NCBI GenBank assembly: GCA_025999215.1 | Contig: AP024679.1 | Coordinates: 505,924-569,923 of the forward strand | DNA length: 64,000 nt | Direction of reading: 5' to 3' | Source of the DNA: Candidatus Dojkabacteria bacterium | GTDB taxonomy: Bacteria > Patescibacteriota > Dojkabacteria > J137 | In this document: one piece after another, positions 28,810-38,441 of the stretch | Position numbering within the stretch: position 1 is the first letter of the stretch | Layout: the number at the start of each line of letters is the position of its first letter | Made by a program: the position numbers and the translations under genes | Notes under the pieces: model-generated | Told to the model about the DNA's origin: nothing | The model's input: only the letters and a program-made list of their open reading frames with translations | Database searches by the model: none

Positions 28810-29163
28810 ATGAGCAACAAATTAGAAGAAGAATTAGGAGTAAATGCCACTGTTGAAGATCTAAAACCATTACTTCAAGTTAATGTTCATGCAGAAGATT
28901 AAGAAGGGAACGTATTTGAAAATTCTACTTTCATTTATTTCTTTCAGCTTAAAGATAATAACTATAATGCAGGAGATGATGTTAAAAGCATCGTAAAGTT
29001 ATCAGTTGATGAGCTTTTTGAATTAGGTGATAAGTACGAAGCCTTAACAGAAGACAATTGGTACGAAGGATTGGAAGGAAAACATTCTTAGGGTGATTAT
29101 GGAAAAGTTTACGGGCCAATTCATAAATTCACTGCACAGAAGATAAAAGAACTAAATTTATAA
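28810..29163 (+). pseudogene. NUDIX-like C-terminal fragment with two in-frame stops
   Basis: MSNKLEEELGV (tail of a Nudix box) ...AED*EGNVF...GKHS*GDYGKVYGPIH...NL*; 118 codons in one frame. Confidence 0.55.
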
Positions 29164-29338
29164 AGCTTAAAATTATGAGTTAAGACAATCTTTTTTCAAT
29201 AAATTTACAATGAATTGCAATAAAAACAAGTATTTAAAAATTTTGTATTCAAAAATTTACCTATTTTTTAATTGAGATCTTGGAGGTAAGAAATACGTTT
29301 TCTAATTACGATAAATTTATATAATTAGATTAATAACT

Positions 29339-30991
29339 TCATTTATTAATCGGAATATGAAGCTCAAAAATGGAACCTTTACCTTCCCCTTCACTATCAA
29401 ATACAAGACGTCCTTTATGCGCATTCATGATAATGTTTATCATGAATAAGCCTAACCCTGTTCCTCCTGGTTGCGGTAAATTTGATTGTGTCCTTTTTCG
29501 TTGTTGTATACCTCTATAAAATTTTTGTCCCAAAGATTTTTTATCTTCTTTGGTTAATCCAATACCATCATCCTGAATAGAGATTATTGCATTATCATTT
29601 TCTTTTTTGACAGTAACAACAATGTTTGATTTGTGAGTAGTGGGATTAATTCCATACTTTTTTGCGTTGTTAAGTAAACCGTCAATAGCTTCTTGAATTC
29701 TATTTTCATCAGCGTTAATAATTAATTCATCAACATTTGTTTTTAATGTTATTTTGTAAATATTTTTGTCAACCATTTTTTGAAAAATTTCTATACTTCT
29801 TTTTACTGTTTTAACAACGTCAAATTCAGAATAATTTAAGTGGAAACGTTTATTGCTAATTCTTGTAAATTCTAGCAATCCATTAACTATACTAATTCCT
29901 TGATGACCTGATGTTATTAATGCTTTTGTACTTTCACTAATATTTTTCATGATTTTTTTGTCCAAAACTTTAGATTTTAATAGCTTTTGCATATTGTTTT
30001 CAATATATTCTGCTTCAAGCAACATACTAGACATTGGAGTTTTAACTTCGTGGGCAAGTACATCCATCATATCTTGTTGCTCTTTTGCTTTAGCGCTAAG
30101 TTGAATGTTTAATTTTTGTAATTCTTCTTTTTGTTTTTGCTCGTTAACAATACTTCTTTGTAATAAAAATGCCATGAATACATAGAAAACAAAAATAATA
30201 CTTTTTAAGATTTGTTCATTAAACGAATCACTTAAAACAAATAAATCAATAATAAGGAGCATCCCAATAACGCTAATTGTCAAAGTTGATAAAAGCACTT
30301 TTGTTCCTAAAAATCTGTGTTTAAAAATTGAGTAGGCAATTAAAGTTGTAAGTATTATGGTCGCGTAATCTCCAAAGTAATAATATCTAGTTATATCGAG
30401 GAATATAGGTAAGGTAATATTAAAAACAAAATTTAAGCCATAGAAAGTTATCAATCCAAATATGAATGGTTTTATTCTGTTTTTATCTTGTCTTTTTAAA
30501 TTTTTCTGATGGTTTAAAAATAAAAACACCACTGAACCTATTGATATAACAATACTAATCAAAAAAGGCCACATCATAAATCCATAATTGATAGCTAAGG
30601 AGCCATTAACAATTCTTCTACTTTCAATTATCCAATCGGTCGTTAGTGTTATTATTGAAAAACAAAAAGTGATGATAGTGTTAAGTATGGTAAGCCACTT
30701 ATATTTGTTAGAGACTTTTAATAGTGAAAGAGAAAAATAGTAAATATATATAAAAAACCACGGTGTTACAAACCAAGCTATTTTGAGAAAGGTTACTGAT
30801 AAACTTGCTGATTCAACTACACGAGCAAGATATGCAAAATTTACCCAACCAAACATGCACAAGCTCATCATGGCAAACAGCCAACTTTCTGTTTTTTTTC
30901 TATTATTTAAAACTACTACTAAAACTAGCCATAATGCTATAGTATCAATAAGTATCACAAATAATCTGTGGAAATCTAATAGTTCAGTCAT
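29339..30991 (-). CDS. Sensor histidine kinase with N-terminal 7TM (HisKA_7TM-like) input region
   Basis: Multiple TM helices; H box LAHEVKTPM, N box LLNNAKKY, DDGIG, FYR and GTGLGL. Confidence 0.92.
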   Translation of the reverse strand: MTELLDFHRLFVILIDTIALWLVLVVVLNNRKKTESWLFAMMSLCMFGWVNFAYLARVVESASLSVTFLKIAWFVTPWFFIYIYYFSLSLLKVSNKYKWLTILNTIITFCFSIITLTTDWIIESRRIVNGSLAINYGFMMWPFLISIVISIGSVVFLFLNHQKNLKRQDKNRIKPFIFGLITFYGLNFVFNITLPIFLDITRYYYFGDYATIILTTLIAYSIFKHRFLGTKVLLSTLTISVIGMLLIIDLFVLSDSFNEQILKSIIFVFYVFMAFLLQRSIVNEQKQKEELQKLNIQLSAKAKEQQDMMDVLAHEVKTPMSSMLLEAEYIENNMQKLLKSKVLDKKIMKNISESTKALITSGHQGISIVNGLLEFTRISNKRFHLNYSEFDVVKTVKRSIEIFQKMVDKNIYKITLKTNVDELIINADENRIQEAIDGLLNNAKKYGINPTTHKSNIVVTVKKENDNAIISIQDDGIGLTKEDKKSLGQKFYRGIQQRKRTQSNLPQPGGTGLGLFMINIIMNAHKGRLVFDSEGEGKGSIFELHIPINK

Positions 30992-31834
30992 TTAGATAAT
31001 TAACACTATTAAACCAACTAAACCAATTAATATATACTCAAAACCAACAAGAAGAAACCATTTTAGCTCAGGTTTATTTTTTAGGCCTCTTAGTGCATAC
31101 ATGTAGGTTATAAATGGTACGGATATGGTTAAAGACCAAAGTGGTAATTGATACAAAAATAAAGCTATTAAGATTGGTGCTATACTCAAGAAATTTAAAA
31201 CATTCAGAATTTTTATTGTTTTATAACTACCTAAAACAACAGGAAATGTTTTAAGTTTGTTTTGTGCATCATCCTTGATGTCTTTAAAATCGAAAAAAAT
31301 TTGAATATATAAGCTTCTAATAAATACAAATGTTGCTAATAAAGCGATAGGGATTGTAAAAATTGATTGGTTTGAGTATATTAGACCGTAAATTAAAAAG
31401 AAGACGTAAAATGTAGCCACAAAAAAGTTTTTGAAACCCAAAACATATCGCGTTATTTTTTTGAATACTAGCGCATATAAACAACCCATGATTAAAAGCA
31501 CAACACCAAGGATAAAATTTTGATTAGATACATGAAACCAAGACACATAAACAAAAGTAATTACATAAGCGAGACTAATAAATGGAATATATTTGAAGTA
31601 TGATGATAAATGATCACTTCTTTCTTTGTTGGCTTCTAAATCGCCCCTAAAACCTATGTATCTATCTATCCAAAAAATTGGTTGTACAAATAGGTATATA
31701 GATAGAATCAGAGAGAAACTAACCTGCTTTTCCAGAATTAAAAGAAGAGTTAGTGTAAGTAATGCTCCTCCTAACGACATAATATGCCCAGCAAGCAAAA
31801 ATTCTTTTTTTAAAAACTTTATATATTTGACCAT
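30992..31834 (-). CDS. UbiA-superfamily membrane prenyltransferase
   Basis: DRxxxxxxDxxxNxxR and FDFKDIKDD...KTFPVVLG motifs; GFKN; 8-9 TM helices. Confidence 0.85.
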   Translation of the reverse strand: MVKYIKFLKKEFLLAGHIMSLGGALLTLTLLLILEKQVSFSLILSIYLFVQPIFWIDRYIGFRGDLEANKERSDHLSSYFKYIPFISLAYVITFVYVSWFHVSNQNFILGVVLLIMGCLYALVFKKITRYVLGFKNFFVATFYVFFLIYGLIYSNQSIFTIPIALLATFVFIRSLYIQIFFDFKDIKDDAQNKLKTFPVVLGSYKTIKILNVLNFLSIAPILIALFLYQLPLWSLTISVPFITYMYALRGLKNKPELKWFLLVGFEYILIGLVGLIVLII

Positions 31835-31839
31835 GTTGT

Positions 31840-32909
31840 TTAGTGATTTCTGTTTGAAATAAAATCAGTTATACCATATAAAAATTGCCACCCTTTATTT
31901 TCTTCATTTTTGATTTTTTCTAACTCTTTTTGTGCTAATCCAATATTTTCACTGCATCGTTGCTCTTAGATTTTTCAAGTGCCCCAGATTTCTTTATGAT
32001 TGATCTTACTTTTTCTAGCTCTTCAATTGAGGAATTTTTATTTCCTATATTTTTTAAAACAAATTCTTTTTCACTATAGCTTGCAGACTTCAAGGTATCC
32101 CATATCAAATAAGTTTTTTTACCTTCAATTAAATCTGTGTAAATAGATTTTCCTGTTTTTTCTTCATCTCCAAACAACCCCAAAACATCATCTTGAATTT
32201 GAAATGCAAGCCCTGTATATTGAGCAATTTTTCTTAATGATTCTATTGTTTCTTGGCCAGTATTTTGGGATAGAACAATTGCAGCTTCAATTGGTAATTC
32301 AAATGAATATGTAACAGTTTTATCTTGTTGCACTTTTTTTATATCTTCTTCTGTAAAATTTTCAATCAGTGAAAGGTTAAAATCTTCAATCTGCCCTACC
32401 AAAACTTCTTCAATTTTTTGAGAACACAACCTTATAAGCGCCAATTTATTTTCAATACTTAAATTACTATCAATAATGATTTTGTTAATATATTGATAAG
32501 CTATATTTCCAACTAATAAAGCTACCATTTCTCCATATCGCTTTGGGTCGGGATAACCTTTTGATAAAGCTAATTTCTCATAAACTACATGAACTGTTGG
32601 TTTGCCTCGTCTTAGTTCTGAAGCGTCAATTATATCATCGTGAATAAGCAGAAACGCTTGAATAAATTCTAAAAAAATTGATAACTCAAAAATATCATTT
32701 GATTCGTGGTCATTAAGAAAAACATATGTGTAATAAAAAAGCGCTGGTCTTAATCTTTTACCGCCATTTAAAATAAATTGGGCAATTGAAGAGTTGTAAT
32801 CAACTGAAAGTTCACTCTCTTGGCCAGAGAAGCCATTTCTAAAATATTGTTCTAAAAAACTATCTAATTTTTTTTTAAATTCTGCTAGCATTTCAATTGC
32901 ATTACTCAT
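31840..32909 (-). CDS. Polyprenyl diphosphate synthase (IdsA/GGPPS-like); frameshift near 31960
   Basis: GGKRLRP, FARM HDDIID...RRG, GQ, KT and FQIQDD motifs; the alternative frame supplies a canonical tail ...LYGITDFISNRNH* ending at 31840. Confidence 0.9.
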
Positions 32910-33286
32910 TTTTTATCCTTTAAAATCTCTTGAATTTTTTCAATTAATTCTTTGGCACTCATCGTACCCTTATCAAAGAAGGCTGAAATCCCCAAGGCTT
33001 GAACCTTTTCCTTTGTATCGCTTGACGAGTTATTTGTAATAATTATGACATTAGGATTGCCATACTTTTCCTCATTGGATCTGATTTCTTTTAAAACGGC
33101 AATACCATCAATGTCAGTCATTAGCACATCAAGTAGTATTACTTTGTGATTATTTTGAGCAATTTTTTCTAAACCCTCTGCCCCACTGTTCACAACTTCT
33201 AAATCAATTCCTGCATCTTCTAGATGTCTTCTCAAAGCGTTTGCAATTGCAACTTCATCATCTATTAATAGAACCTTATTTTTCAT
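32906..33286 (-). CDS. Single-domain response regulator (receiver only)
   Basis: LIDDE, LLDVLM (phosphoacceptor D), T and K positions conserved; no output domain. Confidence 0.9.
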   Translation of the reverse strand: MKNKVLLIDDEVAIANALRRHLEDAGIDLEVVNSGAEGLEKIAQNNHKVILLDVLMTDIDGIAVLKEIRSNEEKYGNPNVIIITNNSSSDTKEKVQALGISAFFDKGTMSAKELIEKIQEILKDKK

Positions 33287-33289
33287 AGT

Positions 33290-33844
33290 TTATTGGTTAC
33301 TGTCTTTATTATCCTCTCTTCCGTTACTTTTTTCAAGTGCATTTATATTAATTAGCATATTTGTATACCAACTCTTGCTAGGATCTTTCATACTTTCAGT
33401 TATGAATTTTAAAACCCTACTTTTATCTTGCAGATTCATCACCTGGTTAACTAGTTCAATATTTGAGTTTGATAACTCTTGAACTCGGTTGTTGATATCT
33501 TTAAGTTTTTGCAAAATATCAGTGTTGATTTTCTCTTGAATTTTGGCTGCAAGATGCAAAATTTCCCTAACATGATCTAGCAAATTTAGTTCTTCTTTTG
33601 ATAATTTTTCTAAATCTGTAGAACTATTTATTTCAAATAAAAGCGCTGAAAGCTTAGCAGAAATTTCGGCATATTTTTTAAATCTTTCTTTAACATAATT
33701 TATAGCTTCATCCTGTTTAAAATACAATTCACTTACTTTTTCATAAATATCTGTGATATCTGTGCTTAGCGCATCATGCGCTTCCATAATTGCTTTTATA
33801 AATTCATCGTTTTTAATTATTGAAACTTTATTTTTCTTATTCAT
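33290..33844 (-). CDS. Hypothetical helical/coiled-coil protein leading the prenyl/TCS operon
   Basis: ORF ends 3 nt before the response-regulator start. Confidence 0.65.
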   Translation of the reverse strand: MNKKNKVSIIKNDEFIKAIMEAHDALSTDITDIYEKVSELYFKQDEAINYVKERFKKYAEISAKLSALLFEINSSTDLEKLSKEELNLLDHVREILHLAAKIQEKINTDILQKLKDINNRVQELSNSNIELVNQVMNLQDKSRVLKFITESMKDPSKSWYTNMLININALEKSNGREDNKDSNQ

Positions 33845-34037
33845 AATTTTTCTTTTACATTTATTCTAGTCCAGCATACGTTAAAAGTATTTTAAAATTT
33901 TGAAACAAAAAACTTTTTAACAAGCATGCTCTAACATTCTATTTTTTATAATGACAAAAATCAAGCCAAAATTATAATTTTTTAAAATTTCGTTTTTAAA
34001 ATTGTTAAATATTTAACAAATTAAAACTATCCAACGC

Positions 34038-34664
34038 CTAAAATAAATTTAAAATTTCATAGGCGAAAGTTTTTGGATCATCTGTTTCAATAAAACCGCT
34101 TCCCACTGCTATTCCATCAAAACCAAGTTTTTTAATGTTTAAGACATCATCATATTTTTTTATTCCACCACCATAAAGCAAAAATTTGGCTGTACTCAAA
34201 TTTTTAAGCTCATTATATGTTTTTTCATTTATTTTGAGTTTGCTATTTTCATAAACAATTATTTGAGGGTTAAATTTAGAAGCCGTTTTTACCTCATCTA
34301 GATTTGTAGTGAAAACAACAGTTTTAAACCCTTTGTCACTTAGAAACTCTAACTTCTTTGTCAAGTTTTTCTCTTTATTTTCAGGGTGATTAACAAAAAC
34401 GTAGTCAATGTTCATAACATTCAAAATTTCTGTTGTAACCAAACCTGTGCTTTTTTCTGACTGTGTAACATCTATTCTTTGAGAACAAAAATTTAGTTCA
34501 GGAAAATTCCTTTTTGCCCAAAACAAGTCAGTGATAGTGGGAGCTACCACCATTGAGCTACTTAGGTTTGGATACTCTACAACTACACTATGTAGAGCCA
34601 ACAGATATTTATCTAAATTTATTCCGGACGCTTGGGGGTAGGTTTTAAGGTTAAATAACACCAT
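34038..34664 (-). CDS. tpiA: Archaeal-type triosephosphate isomerase, divergent
   Basis: NLKTY, NHPE, YE and YGGGI...DGIAVGS motifs; divergent from gap. Confidence 0.7.
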   Translation of the reverse strand: MVLFNLKTYPQASGINLDKYLLALHSVVVEYPNLSSSMVVAPTITDLFWAKRNFPELNFCSQRIDVTQSEKSTGLVTTEILNVMNIDYVFVNHPENKEKNLTKKLEFLSDKGFKTVVFTTNLDEVKTASKFNPQIIVYENSKLKINEKTYNELKNLSTAKFLLYGGGIKKYDDVLNIKKLGFDGIAVGSGFIETDDPKTFAYEILNLF

Positions 34665-34770
34665 AAAAAAAGTTGTAACAATTAAAACCTTAAAACACTA
34701 AGTTTTATATTTGACTCTTAAGTTTATATTGTTTTAGAATCAATGTAAATAATATTTTTTAAGTTTTTGT

Positions 34771-35805
34771 ATGAAAGTTAAAGTTGCAATTAATGGATTT
34801 GGAAGAATTGGAAGGCTTACACTTAGAGCTTTGATTGAAAAAAATTTGCTTGGTCATGATTTAGAATTTATTGTAAATGATCTTGTCCCTGCAACAAATC
34901 TTGCATATTTACTTCAGTATGATTCTGTTCATGGTAGATTTAGTGGAAAAGTTGAAGTGGATGGTGATAATTTTATTAAAATTCGTTATCAAGATAGAAA
35001 TTATTTAATAGAAACACTTTCAGAAAAAGTTCTCCCTAAAGATCTTCCCTGGAAAGAAAAAAATGTTGATATTGTAATTGAATCCACAGGCCTGTTTACC
35101 AAAAAAGAATTAGCGCAGGGACATCTTGAAGCTGGAGCCAAGAAAGTTATTATCTCTGCTCCATCAAGTGATGATGTTAAAACTGTATTGATAGGGGTAA
35201 ATAGCGATAGTTATCAAGGTGAAGAATTAGTTTCAAATGCTAGCTGCACAACTAACTGTTTGGGGCCTCTTGTCTACGTTCTTTTAAAGGAAGGTATTGG
35301 CTTAGAAGAAGGGTTAATGACTACAATACATGCATACACTGCTTCACAATCTTTAGTTGATGGCCCTACAAGAAAATCACTTAGAGATGGAAGAGCCGGA
35401 GCTTTTAATATTATTCCTGCATCAACTGGAGCAGCTAAAGCAATGTCTAGAGTTTTACCAGAACTCGAAGGAAAATTAACAGGAATGGCTTTTAGAGTTC
35501 CTGTTATTGATGTATCATGCGTTGACCTTACTTTTAAGCCTCAAAGAAAAACTTCATTAGAAGAAATTAACTCTTTAATTTTGAGAGCAAGTAAAACCTA
35601 TTTACGAGGAATTTTAGAATATATTGATGAAGATTTGGTTTCTTCTGATTTTATTGGCAATACTCATTCATGTATTTATGATTCTAAAGCAAGCATTGAA
35701 TTAAACTCTGAATTTTTTAAATTAGTTGCTTGGTATGACAATGAATGGGGATATTCTAACCGAATGGTTGATTTGTTGGATCTGGTAATCAAAAGAAGTA
35801 ATTAA
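34771..35805 (+). CDS. gap: Type I glyceraldehyde-3-phosphate dehydrogenase
   Basis: INGFGRIGR, SNASCTTNCL and WYDNEWGY motifs. Confidence 0.97.
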   Translation: MKVKVAINGFGRIGRLTLRALIEKNLLGHDLEFIVNDLVPATNLAYLLQYDSVHGRFSGKVEVDGDNFIKIRYQDRNYLIETLSEKVLPKDLPWKEKNVDIVIESTGLFTKKELAQGHLEAGAKKVIISAPSSDDVKTVLIGVNSDSYQGEELVSNASCTTNCLGPLVYVLLKEGIGLEEGLMTTIHAYTASQSLVDGPTRKSLRDGRAGAFNIIPASTGAAKAMSRVLPELEGKLTGMAFRVPVIDVSCVDLTFKPQRKTSLEEINSLILRASKTYLRGILEYIDEDLVSSDFIGNTHSCIYDSKASIELNSEFFKLVAWYDNEWGYSNRMVDLLDLVIKRSN

Positions 35806-35807
35806 AT

Positions 35808-37584
35808 TTATTTACTAGCTCTTAAAGCGTTTAAAATTACAAGAATGTCAATTGCTTCTTGAAAAATTGCGCCCTGGGTTGGTTTAAGAAATCCAAACAA
35901 TGCAAAAATCATTCCTGCTAAACTCAATGTCATGCCTGTAAAAATACTTTGTTTGGCGATAGATAAGGTTTGTTTTGATATTTTAAAAATTTTGCCTAAT
36001 TTTTCTAAGTTGTTGTCAAGAATTACTACATCTGCAATTTCAGTTGAAGCAGAATTTTCCCCGTGACTAAAAACAATTCCCACATCGGCTAAAGCCAGAG
36101 CTGGCGCATCATTGATTCCATCACCTACCATAACGATTACTCCGGAATTTTTTAATTTATCAATTTCAGAAAGTTTGGTTTCTGGTTTGCATTCTGCAGT
36201 ATAATCAATAGGATAGCTTATTTCTTTCAAAAATGCTGTTGTGTTCTCTTTCGTATCACCTGTTAATAATTTTATTGTTTCTACATTTTGTGATAAATAT
36301 TCAAGAATTTTTAATATGTTTTTCTTCGGTTTATCTTTAAAATAAATCGTTGCAATTAGTTTATCGTTTTCGAAAAGATCAATACTTCCGTATACCTTAC
36401 CTTGAGTTATCTTATAATTTTTATTTTTAATTTGCCCCACTATGCCTTCACCTGGAATTTCTTTGATATTTTGCGGAATAATTTGTTTTATTGTTTTTTT
36501 TTCACAATATTTAACTATAGCTTTGGCAAAAGGGTGCATTGAATATTGTTCTAAGGAGTAAATTATTTCTAACAAATTTTTTTCATCATAATTTGAAAAG
36601 TTTTCAATTTTATAAATTTCTGGCTGTCCCAGAGTTAGTGTTCCAGTTTTATCTAGCAGTAAATTTTTACTTTTTGCAATCTTTTCCAAAGCTTCACCAC
36701 TTTTTACAATAATATTTTCTTTAGATGCTTTGTTGATACCGCCTAAAAAAGCAATTGGAGTTGCCAGAATCAAAGGGCAAGGTGTAGCGATCACCAAAAC
36801 TGATAAAAATCTTTCAGTTTCTCCGCTTGATACGAAGTATGCCAAAACAGCTAAAGATAAGGTTAACAAAGTAAAAATAAAACTATACTTGTTTGCAAGT
36901 CTAACAAAAGGCGCTTTGGTTTCTTGAGCCATTTGCACAAGTTGAATTATTTTTTTGAATGTTGAATCTTCTGATTTTTTAGTAACTTTTATTTTAATAG
37001 TTTCTCCCAAATTGATTACTCCACTGTTGATTAATGATTTTTCAAGTTTTGTAACAGGTAAGCTTTCTCCTGTTAGAGACTGTTCATCTAAAACTGCTAT
37101 AGAATCTAGCAATATTCCATCAAGAGGCACAACTTCTCCCTTACGAATTAATAATATTTCTCCAATCTCTACATTTTTAATATTCTTTACTGTTATATTT
37201 TGACCCTCTATCACTCTAATTTTTGAAGGTATTCTGTTTTTAAGAGATGAAAGCGAGTCAGTTGCTCTTAGCATTGCGTATTTTTCAAGAGCATTTCCTC
37301 CTGACAACATTAATACAATTATCAATGCCACAAAAAATTCGCCTGTTATTAAACTTGTAACTATCGCTAATATAGCAATATAATCTAGCGCTAGACTTCT
37401 TTTTAAAAATTTCTTTTATCGTATCATTGAAAAGTTGAATGCTTCCTACAATTATGCCAATAATTTGAATTGTATTTATAATATTTTTTTCTGGAAACTT
37501 AGTTAATTCCAAAATTGAAGTAGTTAAAATTACAACCAAAATGATAAAAGGAATCACTATGAAATTAAATTTTTTTTTATTCAT
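35808..37584 (-). CDS. Heavy-metal P1B-type ATPase (P1B-5-like motifs); N-terminus frameshifted
   Basis: TGES, TPCP, DKTGT, HP, GDGIND, QX4GX3SX3M and QEX2DX5N motifs; ORFs 37285..37584 and 35808..37331 join near 37400. Confidence 0.88.
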
Positions 37585-37587
37585 AAT

Positions 37588-37832
37588 TTATTTTGATTTT
37601 ATAGACTCTTCTATTGGGGTTTCTTCCAATATATCCCCAATTACTGGCACCTCTTCAACTGAATCGTAAATTGTGCTTAAGAGCCCAAGCACAAGAGTTC
37701 CTATTATGGTTGCTCCAAGTCAATGTTGCCACACCATTTACTAGGCCTTTAATAAAGGCTTTTTTTAAGAGAGTTTTGCTTTTCTAAGTTTTGGTTTATT
37801 TTTTGTAAAAGTAATTCTGTTTGATTTGTCAT
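37588..37832 (-). CDS. Small membrane protein (DUF5665-like), frameshifted, absent from the ORF track
   Basis: MTNQTELLLQKINQNLEKQ.. AFIKGLVNGVAT.. LGATIIGTLVLGLL..VPVIGDIL across shifts. Confidence 0.5.
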
Positions 37833-37867
37833 TGTTTGATTTTAATATAAATTAAAATATTTATAAA

Positions 37868-38317
37868 TTATTTTTTAAAATAAATTTCTGTTTCGTTTTC
37901 GGCATTAGGCGCGCTCACAGTGAATCTCCCGCTTGTGTTTTTACAAATTACGTATCCTGTATCTTCAGATGTACCGGTTTGTGGATCTTTAGGAAGCTCA
38001 GTAATGTAACCTTCATCAACTAAGTTTTGAAGGTTTACTTCGTTTTTAGAAATTTTAGCTGTTTGTGGACAGGTCGGAATTTGATCCTCAACTTTACCTA
38101 GAGATCCGTTATCATTTACATACAAATTAATTGCGTTTGCCAAATCTGTAACATCAATGAGTCTTTCGGTATTACGTGATTCTGCGAAATTTTTCTGAGG
38201 GTTGATGATGAAAAAAAGTATTAGACCTAAAAACAAGACAACAAACAAAATTAACAAAACTTCACTTAGCGAAAAAGCACTTTGTGTTTGAGTTTTGTAA
38301 TGTCTATATTGATTCAT
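37868..38317 (-). CDS. Type IV pilin/pseudopilin-like protein
   Basis: Class III signal A|FSLSE plus hydrophobic helix; RNxxRxxD and LPKDP motifs; Cys pair. Confidence 0.8.
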   Translation of the reverse strand: MNQYRHYKTQTQSAFSLSEVLLILFVVLFLGLILFFIINPQKNFAESRNTERLIDVTDLANAINLYVNDNGSLGKVEDQIPTCPQTAKISKNEVNLQNLVDEGYITELPKDPQTGTSEDTGYVICKNTSGRFTVSAPNAENETEIYFKK

Positions 38318-38441
38318 GTTTTATAGTAAAACCGACTTATTAACTCTAAATTTTCTCAAATGTTTTGTCAAGTATTATCAGCGTGGTCAAAATTAGCTGT
38401 ATTTATGTTATAATCGAAGTATATTCGAATTTTAGCTTTTT

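Larger units (their letters stand above)
25090..29200. mobile_element. Decayed integrative island/cargo hotspot at tRNA-Glu
   Basis: Recombinase remnant at the tRNA, visibly GC-richer ORFs (25911..26489, 27943..28542), pseudogenes, SD-led genes; right boundary approximate. Confidence 0.6.

Noticed and set aside
31840-31935. Possible ComX-like peptide between the polyprenyl synthase and UbiA
   Set aside because: This stretch translates as the frameshifted canonical C-terminus of the synthase, which also retains both Asp-rich regions, unlike ComQ.
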